Positions 28,480 to 38,523 of a DNA stretch of 38,708 bases are shown here, one piece after another. The stretch comes from Candidatus Methanoxibalbensis ujae. Its GTDB lineage: Archaea > Halobacteriota > Syntropharchaeia > Alkanophagales > Methanospirareceae. Both the position numbers and the translations under genes were made by a program. The stretch's first letter is position 1. Each line of letters opens with the position of its first letter. A model generated the notes under the pieces. The model made no database searches and was not told the DNA's origin. It worked only from the letters and a program-made list of their open reading frames with translations. The stretch lies in assembly GCA_026134085.1 (NCBI GenBank), contig JAOQIN010000015.1, forward strand, positions 1 through 38,708, given 5' to 3'.

Positions 28480-30030
28480 ATGATTGGGATGGGATGCAGT
28501 AGCGATATGGAAGTGAACAGGAGTATTGATGAGATAAACGAGAAGATAAGGGATGGTGATGTTCATGTTGTCACTGCGGACAGGATGAGCGAGATTGTGA
28601 AGGAGGTTGGTGCGGTGAAAGCTGCCCGTGAGGTTGATGTTGTCACGACTGGCACATTTGGTGCGATGTGCTCATCAGGCGTGTTTCTGAACTTCGGTCA
28701 TTCGGATCCTCCCATAAAGATGCATCGTGTGTGGCTGAACGGTGTTGAAGCATACACTGGTCTTGCTGCGGTTGACGCATACATAGGCGCTGCGCAGCCA
28801 TCTGAGGATCGCGGCATTGAATACGGTGGAGGGCATGTGATAGAGGACCTTGTCTCCGGCAAGACTGTTGAGCTGCGTGCTGTTGGATTCGGAACTGACT
28901 GTTATCCGAGGAACGAAATAGAGACAATGATATCGCTTGAGGACCTGAACACAGCGAAAATGGTCAATCCCCGCAACGCATATCAGCGATACAACGCAGC
29001 CACGAATTCCTCTGACAGAACGCTGTACACATACATGGGAACTCTCCTCCCGGAGATGCGAAACGCAACATTCTGCGGTTCAGGCGCACTCTCCCCCCTT
29101 TTCAACGATCCTGATTTTGAGACAATAGGCATAGGCACGCGCATATTTCTGTGTGGTGCAACAGGCTATATCATAGGGGAGGGCACACAGCATCTCCCCT
29201 CCGAAAACATGGCGACACTGATGGTGTGCGGAGACCTGAAAGATATGCAGTGCAAATTCATGCGTGCAGCCTCATTCTATAACTACGGATGCACACTTTA
29301 CATAGGCATAGGCATACCCATACCGATTCTCAATGAGAGAATGGCTGCAAAAACAGGAATTTCTGATGAGGATATCATGACATATGTCGTTGATTACGGC
29401 GTCCCACGCAGGGACAGACCACTTGTTGCAAGGGTTTCATATGCTGAATTGAAATCAGGCAGCATTGAGATAGGGGGAAAAGATGTGAGAACTTCCCCCC
29501 TGTCAAGCTTCTACATGGCAAAAAAAGTGGCTGAGGAGTTAAAAAAGAGGATAGAAGGAGGAGAGTTCTTCCTGACTGCTCCTGTTGAGAATCTGCGCAG
29601 AGATTCTGTGGTGAAGCCAATGAGGCAGCCAGCTGAATATCCGCTCGTCAAAGATATCATGCGCAGAAAATTCGCAACAATAGGCGCAGATGCCTCAATT
29701 GAGGATGCCGCAGAACTCATAATGAAAACGCAGACAACACACATACCTGTCGTGAGCGCTGACGGAAAACTGCGCGGCATAGTGACAGCATGGGACATCG
29801 CAAAAGCAGTCGCAATGAAACATCATAAACTCTCAGATATAATGACAAAAAAGGTCATAACAGCAGCAGTGGAAGAGCCTGTTGATGTTGTTGTGAGGAA
29901 AATTGAGCACTTTAACATCTCAGCACTCCCTGTTGTTGATTCCGCGAACAAAGTTGTTGGTGTTATAACGAGTGATGATATAAGCAAACTTTTGAAGAAT
30001 GGTTGGAAATGGCGCATAAAAAGGATATAA
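28480..30030 (+). CDS. Homocysteine biosynthesis protein (DUF39, aspartate-semialdehyde sulfurtransferase) with C-terminal CBS pair
   Basis: VDVVTTGTFGAMCSSG, NPRNAYQ, LYTYMG, two CBS domains. True start may be ~28507. Confidence 0.9.
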   Translation: MIGMGCSSDMEVNRSIDEINEKIRDGDVHVVTADRMSEIVKEVGAVKAAREVDVVTTGTFGAMCSSGVFLNFGHSDPPIKMHRVWLNGVEAYTGLAAVDAYIGAAQPSEDRGIEYGGGHVIEDLVSGKTVELRAVGFGTDCYPRNEIETMISLEDLNTAKMVNPRNAYQRYNAATNSSDRTLYTYMGTLLPEMRNATFCGSGALSPLFNDPDFETIGIGTRIFLCGATGYIIGEGTQHLPSENMATLMVCGDLKDMQCKFMRAASFYNYGCTLYIGIGIPIPILNERMAAKTGISDEDIMTYVVDYGVPRRDRPLVARVSYAELKSGSIEIGGKDVRTSPLSSFYMAKKVAEELKKRIEGGEFFLTAPVENLRRDSVVKPMRQPAEYPLVKDIMRRKFATIGADASIEDAAELIMKTQTTHIPVVSADGKLRGIVTAWDIAKAVAMKHHKLSDIMTKKVITAAVEEPVDVVVRKIEHFNISALPVVDSANKVVGVITSDDISKLLKNGWKWRIKRI

Positions 30031-31091
30031 GGGAGCTCAAAGTTGAACTGCTTTGCAGAGGTGCTAGGATAGCAAAAAACAATGTAAATGCACCTCGCAG
30101 AAAAGCGGGAGCGGGTCCAGCTGCCGGTGGTGCGTTCATATTCGGTGGCACTGTTGCGAATGTTCCCACGATGAGCTGGTTTGTCAGCCGTTCACCTTTT
30201 ATTGTTGAGGAGGCATGTGGAAAATACTTCCTCACAACCTCATCCGGGCACAGTATAGAGGTGAAGTTTCCAGATCCGAAATTTTATGATATGCGGACGG
30301 CTGATGGCATCCCCTACAAAAAGATCGCTCTGCTTCATGGCGTGAACTGCCTCGCGACAACCACAATACAGACATGCGTCTATTGGCACACACACAAGAG
30401 ATGCAAATTTTGTGCAATTGAGATCTCGCTTCAAGAAAACACGACGATAGCCAAGAAAAAGCCAGAAGATGTGGCTGAAGTGGCTATTGCTGCAATGAAA
30501 TTGAATGGTGTGAGGCATGTCACACTGACAACAGGAACTACAGCTACATCTGATAAGGGCATTTATCATCTGTCAGCCGTTGCAAATGCTATAAAAAACG
30601 CCACCAATCTACCTATTCATGCTCAATTTGAGCCACCAAAGGATCTGAATATAATAGGGAAGCTCTATGATGCTGTTGACACGGTCGGAATACATGTTGA
30701 GAGCTTTGATCGTGATGTGCTCAGCGATGTTGCTCCATGCAAGGCTGAGATGTTTGAGCATATTATTGATGCGTGGAGGTATTCAGTTGATATGTTTGGA
30801 GAGAATCAGGTGAGCAGTTATGTGATCGTAGGGCTGGGTGAGAGCGACAAATCAGTCATAGAAGGAAGCAAATTCCTCGCTGAAATGGGTGTTTATCCTT
30901 ATGTTGTTCCTCTTCGTCCCATTCCCGGATCTCAGATGGAACATGAAATGCCTCCAAATCCTGAAAGAATGAAGCGATTATATGCTGAAATCGCTGAAAT
31001 ACTGCATGAAACCGGGATGAGCTGGCGTAAGTGCAGGGCTGGCTGCGTTAAATGCAGGGCATGCTCCGCTCTTCCTGATTTCGAGCGCTGA
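30003..31091 (+). CDS. MSMEG_0568-family radical SAM protein
   Basis: RRKAGAGP, IALLHGVNCLATT, CX8CX2C (CVYWHTHKRCKFC), HAQFEPP, YPYVVPLRPI, AGCVKCRACS. Confidence 0.85.
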   Translation: MEMAHKKDIRELKVELLCRGARIAKNNVNAPRRKAGAGPAAGGAFIFGGTVANVPTMSWFVSRSPFIVEEACGKYFLTTSSGHSIEVKFPDPKFYDMRTADGIPYKKIALLHGVNCLATTTIQTCVYWHTHKRCKFCAIEISLQENTTIAKKKPEDVAEVAIAAMKLNGVRHVTLTTGTTATSDKGIYHLSAVANAIKNATNLPIHAQFEPPKDLNIIGKLYDAVDTVGIHVESFDRDVLSDVAPCKAEMFEHIIDAWRYSVDMFGENQVSSYVIVGLGESDKSVIEGSKFLAEMGVYPYVVPLRPIPGSQMEHEMPPNPERMKRLYAEIAEILHETGMSWRKCRAGCVKCRACSALPDFER

Positions 31092-31256
31092 TCACAGATG
31101 CACTCACACATTACATATTTCAATTTCATATTTCAGAATGTCTCCGCAGTGCCAGAATGTCTCCGCAGTGCACCACATGCTCCCGTCAGGTGGTGGCTGA
31201 CGGCTGAGAGCAGGCTGCTGAACCTGGCACTTATGAGAAACAGCAAAGCCTCAAGA

Positions 31257-32000
31257 TCAGAGGGTAAGCAGATAATAAACTTCCTTTTTTGCGTTGCTCC
31301 GCAATCTCGAAATAACTTTCAGGCCCGCAATCTCAAATTCGCTCATAACTCTCTTTTCCGCACTTGCAATTCCTTTGTGGACAAATAGAACTTTACCTTT
31401 GTGCTTCAATTTTGGCAGGAATCTGCGAAGTGCGGTGATTGATGATGCGAAATCAAGTGTCAAATCATTTAGGATAACATCTACTGCATCTTCCTCTATT
31501 TTCCTCAGGTCAAACTTGAAAACATCATCAATAAACACCCTTACATTGTTCCTCTCAGCCTCAATTCTCCTCAGAATTCTCTCAAACTCGCGACTGTATT
31601 CAATCCCATAAACTTTTCTCGCCTTTTCACTTGCATAAATCAGGAATCCTCCGGCGCTGCTTCCCAGATCCACGACAATATCTCTTTTTATCAGATCAAA
31701 ACGCTCATCTATCTCCTTCAACTTCCAATATCCCCTGGGAACATCAACAGGCAGACACTCGCTCATTTCGTTTGCAGCGGGAAACTCATGATGCAACTCA
31801 CAACCCGACTCATAATGAAACTGATCATATGAAATCTCTATTTTCGCATTCAAAGGCACTTTTTTCGCAGGTTTCACACATTTTTCTCCACATACAGTGA
31901 CAAATCCCCTTTTTATAGCTTCTTTCGCCCGCTGTCTTGACGAAAACAATCTTTTTTTCACGAGAAGAACATCCAAGCGCTCTTTATTGTCCGATTTCAT
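31257..32000 (-). CDS. S4-domain + FtsJ-like RNA methyltransferase (TlyA-like)
   Basis: RLDVLLV..SRQRAKEAI..G.V S4 domain; PRGYWKL, DLGSSAGGF. Confidence 0.88.
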   Translation of the reverse strand: MKSDNKERLDVLLVKKRLFSSRQRAKEAIKRGFVTVCGEKCVKPAKKVPLNAKIEISYDQFHYESGCELHHEFPAANEMSECLPVDVPRGYWKLKEIDERFDLIKRDIVVDLGSSAGGFLIYASEKARKVYGIEYSREFERILRRIEAERNNVRVFIDDVFKFDLRKIEEDAVDVILNDLTLDFASSITALRRFLPKLKHKGKVLFVHKGIASAEKRVMSEFEIAGLKVISRLRSNAKKEVYYLLTL

Positions 32001-32152
32001 TTTTTTCTTTTTTATTTTTTGTTTTTTTTTTGTTTTTGTTTTGTTTTATGTTTTGTTTTATTTAAAGACGGAAAAGAGCTTTTATTAGTATCTCATATTA
32101 CTTTATATTTTTTATTTATTATGTATTTTATCTTTTCAGCTCTTTTCAGCCG

Positions 32153-33298
32153 TCAAATTTCAACGCCGAGAAAAAGCCCATCTTTTGTTCTTTTCACTTC
32201 AAAATTCACGAAATCGCCTGTTTTCTTTTCTGTTATCACTGAGACGACACGATTTCTCACCACACACAGCATTTCATTTTGCGTGCGTCCTTCCGCTATG
32301 ATTCTCGCCTTTAATCTCTCACCCTTTTTGATGGGAGAGGGTATTCTCGGACGACGCTCAATGCCGAAATCCTCGCGATGCAGCACCAGTTTCACACCGT
32401 ATTCCTTCTCAAGCGCCTGCAATCGTCTGTAAAAATCGTCAAATGTCTGATATCGCTTTATTTTCGGTTTTCTTCCTGTCTTGTATTTTATGAACTTCTG
32501 AATGCCGAGCGGTGGAAATCTCTTTCCGGCGCCTATGTCAAGTGCAAAATCTATGATGCGGGGGATGTCTTCGTCATTTATTCCGGGAAGCCATACAGGT
32601 GCGATGAGCAGGTCAATCGTGGTGTTTTTCGCTATCATCTCAGCAACACGCAGCACATGCTTCAGCGGATATCTGGCACCGTGAATGAAATCAGCACGCC
32701 GCTCGTCAAGTGTGTTCAGAGATAGATTTATCCTCGTCACATATTTTTCAAGGATCTCAAGCTTTCGCTCGTTTATAAATATGCCGTTTGTCTGTATTGA
32801 AACAACAGAAGCACTGTTCTTTATTCTCTCAAGCAGTTCTTCCATATACGGATATATCAGCGGCTCTCCCTGACAGTCTATGTGCGCCTCAACACCTTCT
32901 CCTTTAAAGGAACTCACATGATCAAATACCTCAGCGAGATATTCGGGCTCAACGATGTAATCCGTTCGCCGAGTTCTGCTCGCTCTCCCCTCATCAACGC
33001 TGCAGAATATGCAGTTCAGATTGCAGCCCGTCACCGGGCGCACCTGAATCAAGTTCGTGCCTCTGTCAATTACGCCAAATGCCGGATGTCCAAGAAGCGG
33101 TATTCCGCTCTCCTTTGTTATGAATATAAGAGGACGTTGTGTGAAATGATTGAGTGTTTTATCTGATTTGAATGATATTATATGCTCTTTTGTGTATTTT
33201 TTAGCAAGTTTTTCATATCTCTTTTTTGATATTCTGACCTCTATGAAGTTTCTCAGCAGAAATACTTTGTCCTGCTCGTCCTCGTATTCGGAGATCAT
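32153..33298 (-). CDS. Uncharacterised archaeal radical SAM protein with C-terminal TRAM-like region
   Basis: GVIDRGTNLIQVRPVTGCNLNCIFCSVDEG, GEP, QTNG. Confidence 0.88.
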   Translation of the reverse strand: MISEYEDEQDKVFLLRNFIEVRISKKRYEKLAKKYTKEHIISFKSDKTLNHFTQRPLIFITKESGIPLLGHPAFGVIDRGTNLIQVRPVTGCNLNCIFCSVDEGRASRTRRTDYIVEPEYLAEVFDHVSSFKGEGVEAHIDCQGEPLIYPYMEELLERIKNSASVVSIQTNGIFINERKLEILEKYVTRINLSLNTLDERRADFIHGARYPLKHVLRVAEMIAKNTTIDLLIAPVWLPGINDEDIPRIIDFALDIGAGKRFPPLGIQKFIKYKTGRKPKIKRYQTFDDFYRRLQALEKEYGVKLVLHREDFGIERRPRIPSPIKKGERLKARIIAEGRTQNEMLCVVRNRVVSVITEKKTGDFVNFEVKRTKDGLFLGVEI

Positions 33299-33339
33299 TT
33301 ATCAGAGCAGAGAACTGATGGGACAACGACAGGAAGGAG

Positions 33340-33470
33340 GAGGGCATAGCAGCGATCCCTGCTTCCCGAGCGCTCCCGCAGCTCAGTACAACAGGGAACG
33401 CGGGCGGGCTTAACTTCCGGGTTCGGGATGGGTCCGGGTGTTTCCCCGCCGCTATGGCCGCTATGCCCTC
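33340..33470 (-). rRNA. rrf: 5S rRNA (standalone)
   Basis: Minus strand GGCATAGCGGCCATAGCGGCGGGGAAACACCCGGACCCATCCCGAACCCGGAAGTTAAGCCCGCC..GTACTG..CGCTGCTATGCC. TTTATATA box ~33491-33500; ends approximate. Confidence 0.96.
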
Positions 33471-33533
33471 TGTTGTTCCTTTCGCTCTCTTTATATATAA
33501 AATGAGATGAGAAGAATGAGAAGAATGAGTGTG

Positions 33534-34703
33534 TCACTGAGGAGTTCCGGACAACATGTTGCGTATGAGCTCAATCGTGTTCTCACGGTTCACCTCTCTC
33601 GGATTTCTCGCCAGATATCCTTTCTCAGCGAGCACTGCATCTGCTATCTCAGGTATATCATCCTCAGACACTCCTATTGAGCCCAGGTTTTCGGGCAGTT
33701 CAAGTCTCTCAATCATCTGCTGCACATGTGCTATCGCTTTCTTCGCAGCATCTTCATCTGAGAGCGATGAGACATCCTCCCCCATCTCCATAGCAGCCCT
33801 CTTCATCTTCGCCGCCACATCCGGCACTGAAATATTGAATGCAATCACATACGGTATTGTCAGAGCTGCTGAGATGCCATGTGGCTGTGAATATCGTGTG
33901 CCGATTGTGTGAGCGATCGCATGACCTATGACAACGCCTGCATTACCGAATGCAGCACCTGCCAGAAACGCAGCAATTGACATTTCCAGGCGAGCATCAA
34001 TGTTTTCTCCGTGAGCAAACACCTCCTCTATGTTTGCTGCAATTTTTTGAATGGCTTCATAGGCAAACGCATCAGTAAGCGCATTCGCTCCTTTTGACAT
34101 CAACGCCTCAATCGCATGGCTCAGCGCATCCATTCCCGTGGATGCTGTGACACGAGGCGGCATTGTCGCCGTGAGAGTTGGGTCGAGAATGGCGATATCC
34201 GCGATGTTGAAAGGGGATGCGATGGCTTTCTTCTTTCCGGCTGCCACAATGAGCGCAAACGGCGTGGCCTCCGCACCCGTCCCGGCAGTCGTTGGCACAA
34301 GAATTTTCTTTGCGGATGGATTCGCTATTTTGTTCGCACCCAAGAAATCGCTCGCTCTCTGATCGGGGTTCGTCGTCGCCGCCGCCGCCACCTTCGCCAT
34401 GTCAAGCACGCTCCCACCTCCCAAACCCACAACGACATCACATCGCTCCTCACGAGCAAACGCAGCAACATCCTCAGCAAGCTCCAGAGTCGGCTCGGGC
34501 GATACTCCGTCAAACACACGCATCTCAATCCCAGCAGATCTGAGCGCATCTTCGGCAATCTCAAGAAAACCCTGCCTGACAATCGTGTCATCTGTCACAA
34601 TTAGCACACTCCGAGCACCAAACGCACTCGCTTCCTCTCCCAACCTCTCACGCATGACATCCTTCCCAAATATGACACGCACAGGCACCTGAACCGCAGG
34701 CAT
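33534..34703 (-). CDS. Iron-containing alcohol dehydrogenase
   Basis: GLGGGSVLDMAK, PTTAGTGAE, GMDALSHAIE, GHAIAH, HG. Confidence 0.95.
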   Translation of the reverse strand: MPAVQVPVRVIFGKDVMRERLGEEASAFGARSVLIVTDDTIVRQGFLEIAEDALRSAGIEMRVFDGVSPEPTLELAEDVAAFAREERCDVVVGLGGGSVLDMAKVAAAATTNPDQRASDFLGANKIANPSAKKILVPTTAGTGAEATPFALIVAAGKKKAIASPFNIADIAILDPTLTATMPPRVTASTGMDALSHAIEALMSKGANALTDAFAYEAIQKIAANIEEVFAHGENIDARLEMSIAAFLAGAAFGNAGVVIGHAIAHTIGTRYSQPHGISAALTIPYVIAFNISVPDVAAKMKRAAMEMGEDVSSLSDEDAAKKAIAHVQQMIERLELPENLGSIGVSEDDIPEIADAVLAEKGYLARNPREVNRENTIELIRNMLSGTPQ

Positions 34704-34851
34704 TTTGCATCACATGATGATTGCACCCGCTGCTATTTCTTTGTTCATATTCAAGCTCACACTCTCATGCGCTCTCAAGCTCACACTCTCTCATTGCCCG
34801 GATCCCTCAGTGGCAGATGCCGCGTCCGAATGTGCAATGTGCGGTGCACTA

Positions 34852-36414
34852 TCATGATCGGTGCTCTGCACTGTGCTGCATGAGCAGCAGGCGATTCACA
34901 GCATTTATGAACGCCTCAACAGATGCGAGGACGATATCCTCCCTCACCCCTCTCGCGGTGACGATTTTTCCCGCGTGCTCAACGCCCACGATTACCTCCG
35001 CGAGTGCGTCTGAGCCACCTGTTATGGCTTCTATCCTGAAGTCCTTCAATCGCACATCTCCACCGAGCTCATCGCTTATTGCATCCTGTATGGCTTTTAT
35101 CGCTGCATCAACAGGACCCACACCTATGCGTGAGAGTTTTTTGTCTTTACCGCGCACCTCAACACGAAGCGATGCGGTTGGTAGCGTGTTGTTGCCAGTC
35201 ATCACAGCGAGCTCTTTCAGCTTCACCGCCTGTTCCCCGCCTGAGATTTCTGTTAAAATCTCCGCGATTGAGAAGAGATCATCATCTGTGACGAGTTTCC
35301 CGCTTGCACCGAGCTTCTTAACGCGACTTAGAATCTCCTCAAGCTGCTCCTTCGTCGGATGAATGCCGAATTCAGTGAGCTTCTGCTCTATTGAGTGACG
35401 ACCCGTGTGCTTTCCGAGCACGATCCTCCTGCGATGACCGACCATTTCGGGAGTCATTATGCCCGGTTCAAATGTGTCACTCCTCTCCAATACGCCGTGT
35501 GCGTGTATTCCACTCTCATGTGAGAACGCGTTCTCGCCGACTATTGGCTTGTTGGCCGGAATATGTATGCCTGTGAAGCGCTCAACGAGCTTTGCAGTCT
35601 CAAACAGCAGTTCTGTCTTTATGCCCGTCCTGAACCTGTAAATTGATACGAGACTCATGACAGTTTCTGAGAGATCCGCATTTCCAGCACGCTCGCCTAT
35701 TCCGTTCACAGTCACCTGAACCTGCGATACACCCGCTTTCACCGCAGCGAGTGAGTTGGCAACAGCCAAGCCAAAATCATTGTGACAGTGGACGCTCAGA
35801 GGGACCTTCACAGAATCGTGAACCGCAGATACAAGTTTGAACATTGAGAAAGGCTCTGAGATTCCCACAGTGTCTGGAATGTTCAGTATATCAGCACCGG
35901 CTTCCTCAGCAACACGAAAAACATCAATCAAAAATTCAAGTTCAGTGCGTGTCGCATCCATTGCGGAGAACATGCACTGGCATCCGTGCTCTTTGACATA
36001 TCGCACCATCTCATATGTCACATCCTTTACCTGCTCATCGCTCATCTTTGTTGTGTATTTACGCTGAATTTCTGAGGTTGATACAAATATATGAACAATA
36101 TCAACACCACATTCAATGCATGCATCTATGTCATCCGTCAGAACTCGCGCAAGACCGCATACCTTTGCGTTCAACCCGGATTTGCATATGTTCCTCACAA
36201 TATCCTTCTCCTCAGGTGCGCTTACAGGAAATCCCGCCTCTATGACATCCACGCCGAGCCTGTCAAGCTGCAGTGCTATCCGCATTTTCTGCTCATTCGT
36301 GAACGATATTCCGGGTGTCTGCTCACCGTCCCTCAGCGTCGTGTCAAATATCTCTATGTATCTGCTCCCCCCGGCGGCATCCGACGCTGTTTGAGCGTAA
36401 GTGTTGAATGACAT
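34852..36414 (-). CDS. leuA: 2-isopropylmalate synthase / citramalate synthase family
   Basis: DTTLRDGEQ, HCHNDFG, GIGERAGN, HESGIH, C-terminal regulatory domain (GVGPVDA). LeuA versus CimA not resolved. Confidence 0.85.
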   Translation of the reverse strand: MSFNTYAQTASDAAGGSRYIEIFDTTLRDGEQTPGISFTNEQKMRIALQLDRLGVDVIEAGFPVSAPEEKDIVRNICKSGLNAKVCGLARVLTDDIDACIECGVDIVHIFVSTSEIQRKYTTKMSDEQVKDVTYEMVRYVKEHGCQCMFSAMDATRTELEFLIDVFRVAEEAGADILNIPDTVGISEPFSMFKLVSAVHDSVKVPLSVHCHNDFGLAVANSLAAVKAGVSQVQVTVNGIGERAGNADLSETVMSLVSIYRFRTGIKTELLFETAKLVERFTGIHIPANKPIVGENAFSHESGIHAHGVLERSDTFEPGIMTPEMVGHRRRIVLGKHTGRHSIEQKLTEFGIHPTKEQLEEILSRVKKLGASGKLVTDDDLFSIAEILTEISGGEQAVKLKELAVMTGNNTLPTASLRVEVRGKDKKLSRIGVGPVDAAIKAIQDAISDELGGDVRLKDFRIEAITGGSDALAEVIVGVEHAGKIVTARGVREDIVLASVEAFINAVNRLLLMQHSAEHRS

Positions 36415-36694
36415 CCTGATGCATATAATTTCTATTTATTTAAAACCACATGCGTAAGGCATGGTATCCTCAATGCAGATGTCAGAGATTTCCCGGCACT
36501 ATGACGGGCGTGATGGTTGAGAGGTGAGCGTTTTTGAGGTTTCCATATTATTCACCTATCTCTCCATTCAGGGCAAATGCCATGCTATGCTATGCTATGC
36601 TCAGCGATTGCTTCACTTTTCCTCAGAATGGAACAAATCCGGAACCCCTTTCAAAGAAGTGATTTCAAAGATGGAAATGGATCTGTAAGCGGAA

Positions 36695-37969
36695 ATGTAT
36701 CTGACGAAGGATGAGGAGCGTGCATATGACGGTGAATACGGCTGGACATTGCAGAAAGCGATGCAGATACTGGTTACAATAGGCGATCTGAACAATGCTG
36801 AAAGGCTGATAGAAATAGAGAGTGCGCATGTATCAGGCGCATCCTACAAGACAATAGGCGACGCATACGAATTCATCGCCCGTCTTGATGGCAGGGTTGC
36901 CGTGCGAACGACATTGAACCCCATAGGCATGGACACTGAACGATGGCGGGAGATGGGCATTTCAGAGGATTTTGCACGCAAACAGCTCTCTGTTCTCGCC
37001 GCATATAAGAGTCTCGGCATATCTGCCGAGTGCACATGCATTCCATATGAATTATCACAGCCCAAGGGGCACATCGCATGGTCGGAGAGCTCAGCCGTCA
37101 TTTTCGCAAATTCTGTCATAGGCGCAAGAACAAATATGGAGGGCGCACCATCAGCACTTGCAGCTGCGCTTGTCGGAAAGACGCCGTTATACGGGTTGCA
37201 CATCTCGGAAAACAGAGCAGCAACTGTGAAATTTCGTGTTAACGCGGAAATCTCAGATGCTGATTTCGGAGCTTTTGGAATGTTGATCGGTGAGATAACA
37301 CGCGACAGAATCCCTCTCATCGAACTCAGATCACAACCGAGCGTTTCTGAGCTTAAGCAGCTCTCCGCTGGAATTGGCGCGACAGGTGCTGTCGGCATGT
37401 TTCATGTGAAGGGTATCACGCCTGAAGCAGAACTGAACAAAGACATTGAGGAGGTTATAGACATTGAAAGCAGCGATATCATGTGTTATGATGCATGCTG
37501 TGAGCCTGATGTCATCGCAATAGGCTGCCCTCACTGCGGCATATCCGAACTCAAACAACTGTACGAAATGCTTCGCCGCGAACAGGCTCATGCTCATCGT
37601 GATAGAGTGAGATGTGATTTCTTCGTGTTCACAGCAAGGTCGCTTATCAGGAGCAGCTCAGATCCAGCAACTCCTCACAGAAACACATCCTCACAGATGA
37701 CAGGCAGTAATGGAGGAATAAACAATGAAACAGAGAGAATTGTTGAGAAAATTGAAAGATTCGGAGTGAAAGTGTTCTGTGATACATGTTTTGTTGTCTC
37801 GCCTGCATTTGAAAGATTTTCATGCGTCATGACAAATTCGGGAAAATTGCTGAGATATGCTCCTCTGATGCGTGATCGCAATGGAAAAGATCGCAATAGA
37901 AAAGGGGCTGAAGTTATTCTAAAAAGCACTGAAGAATGTGTGAGATATGCATTTCACTCGCATCTGTGA
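36695..37969 (+). CDS. Aconitase X catalytic subunit (probable phosphomevalonate dehydratase large subunit)
   Basis: SAHVSGASYKTIG, CTCIPY, AWSESSA, GCPH, DTC, TNSGK. Confidence 0.9.
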   Translation: MYLTKDEERAYDGEYGWTLQKAMQILVTIGDLNNAERLIEIESAHVSGASYKTIGDAYEFIARLDGRVAVRTTLNPIGMDTERWREMGISEDFARKQLSVLAAYKSLGISAECTCIPYELSQPKGHIAWSESSAVIFANSVIGARTNMEGAPSALAAALVGKTPLYGLHISENRAATVKFRVNAEISDADFGAFGMLIGEITRDRIPLIELRSQPSVSELKQLSAGIGATGAVGMFHVKGITPEAELNKDIEEVIDIESSDIMCYDACCEPDVIAIGCPHCGISELKQLYEMLRREQAHAHRDRVRCDFFVFTARSLIRSSSDPATPHRNTSSQMTGSNGGINNETERIVEKIERFGVKVFCDTCFVVSPAFERFSCVMTNSGKLLRYAPLMRDRNGKDRNRKGAEVILKSTEECVRYAFHSHL

Positions 37970-38276
37970 ATGTTGCTGCGACTTTCTGCTCAGCGCCCGG
38001 CATAGCGCCCAGCAATCGCAACAAATACGCTGTGGACATCGCAATGGTGGCAGCTTCCGATGGGGAGGAGTCAATCAGAGGGAGATTGAGAAAAGCCTGA
38101 AGAAAGGGTTTTAGAAGCTGCTGGATACTCATCTGTGCCCACATGAATCTGTGCTCACCGTGACAAACAGATTGCAGGAAAAAGATCATGCACAGGAATT
38201 GGTGGTTTTGAAGGCGAGAATATCGTAAGCGCTGATATGCAAAAATATTATTATATATAATCAATCGCTAAGAAGT

Positions 38277-38510
38277 GTGAAAATGAAAATATTTGAGAAG
38301 TTGTCCGGAAAAGGGGAAGAATCTCGAGAAGATGGGACAAAAGTTGGAAAAGAAAGCCAAGATGAAGAACGAGCGTCTATCTCTCAGAGCGCCTATTTCT
38401 CACTGAGAAAGACAATATGGGAACAAGACAAGATGCTGAGGACAAGGCACTTGTTGGGTGTCAAGAAACAAAACATGGGCCGCAAGAATGATCAGGAACC
38501 AGAAAAATGA
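38277..38510 (+). CDS. Small hypothetical protein
   Basis: ORF downstream of a TTATATATAA box (~38250); no recognisable motif. Confidence 0.45.
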   Translation: MKMKIFEKLSGKGEESREDGTKVGKESQDEERASISQSAYFSLRKTIWEQDKMLRTRHLLGVKKQNMGRKNDQEPEK

Positions 38511-38523
38511 ACGGTTTCCAAAT

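Noticed and set aside
33295..33537. 80-aa ORF
   Set aside because: Overlaps the 5S rRNA.
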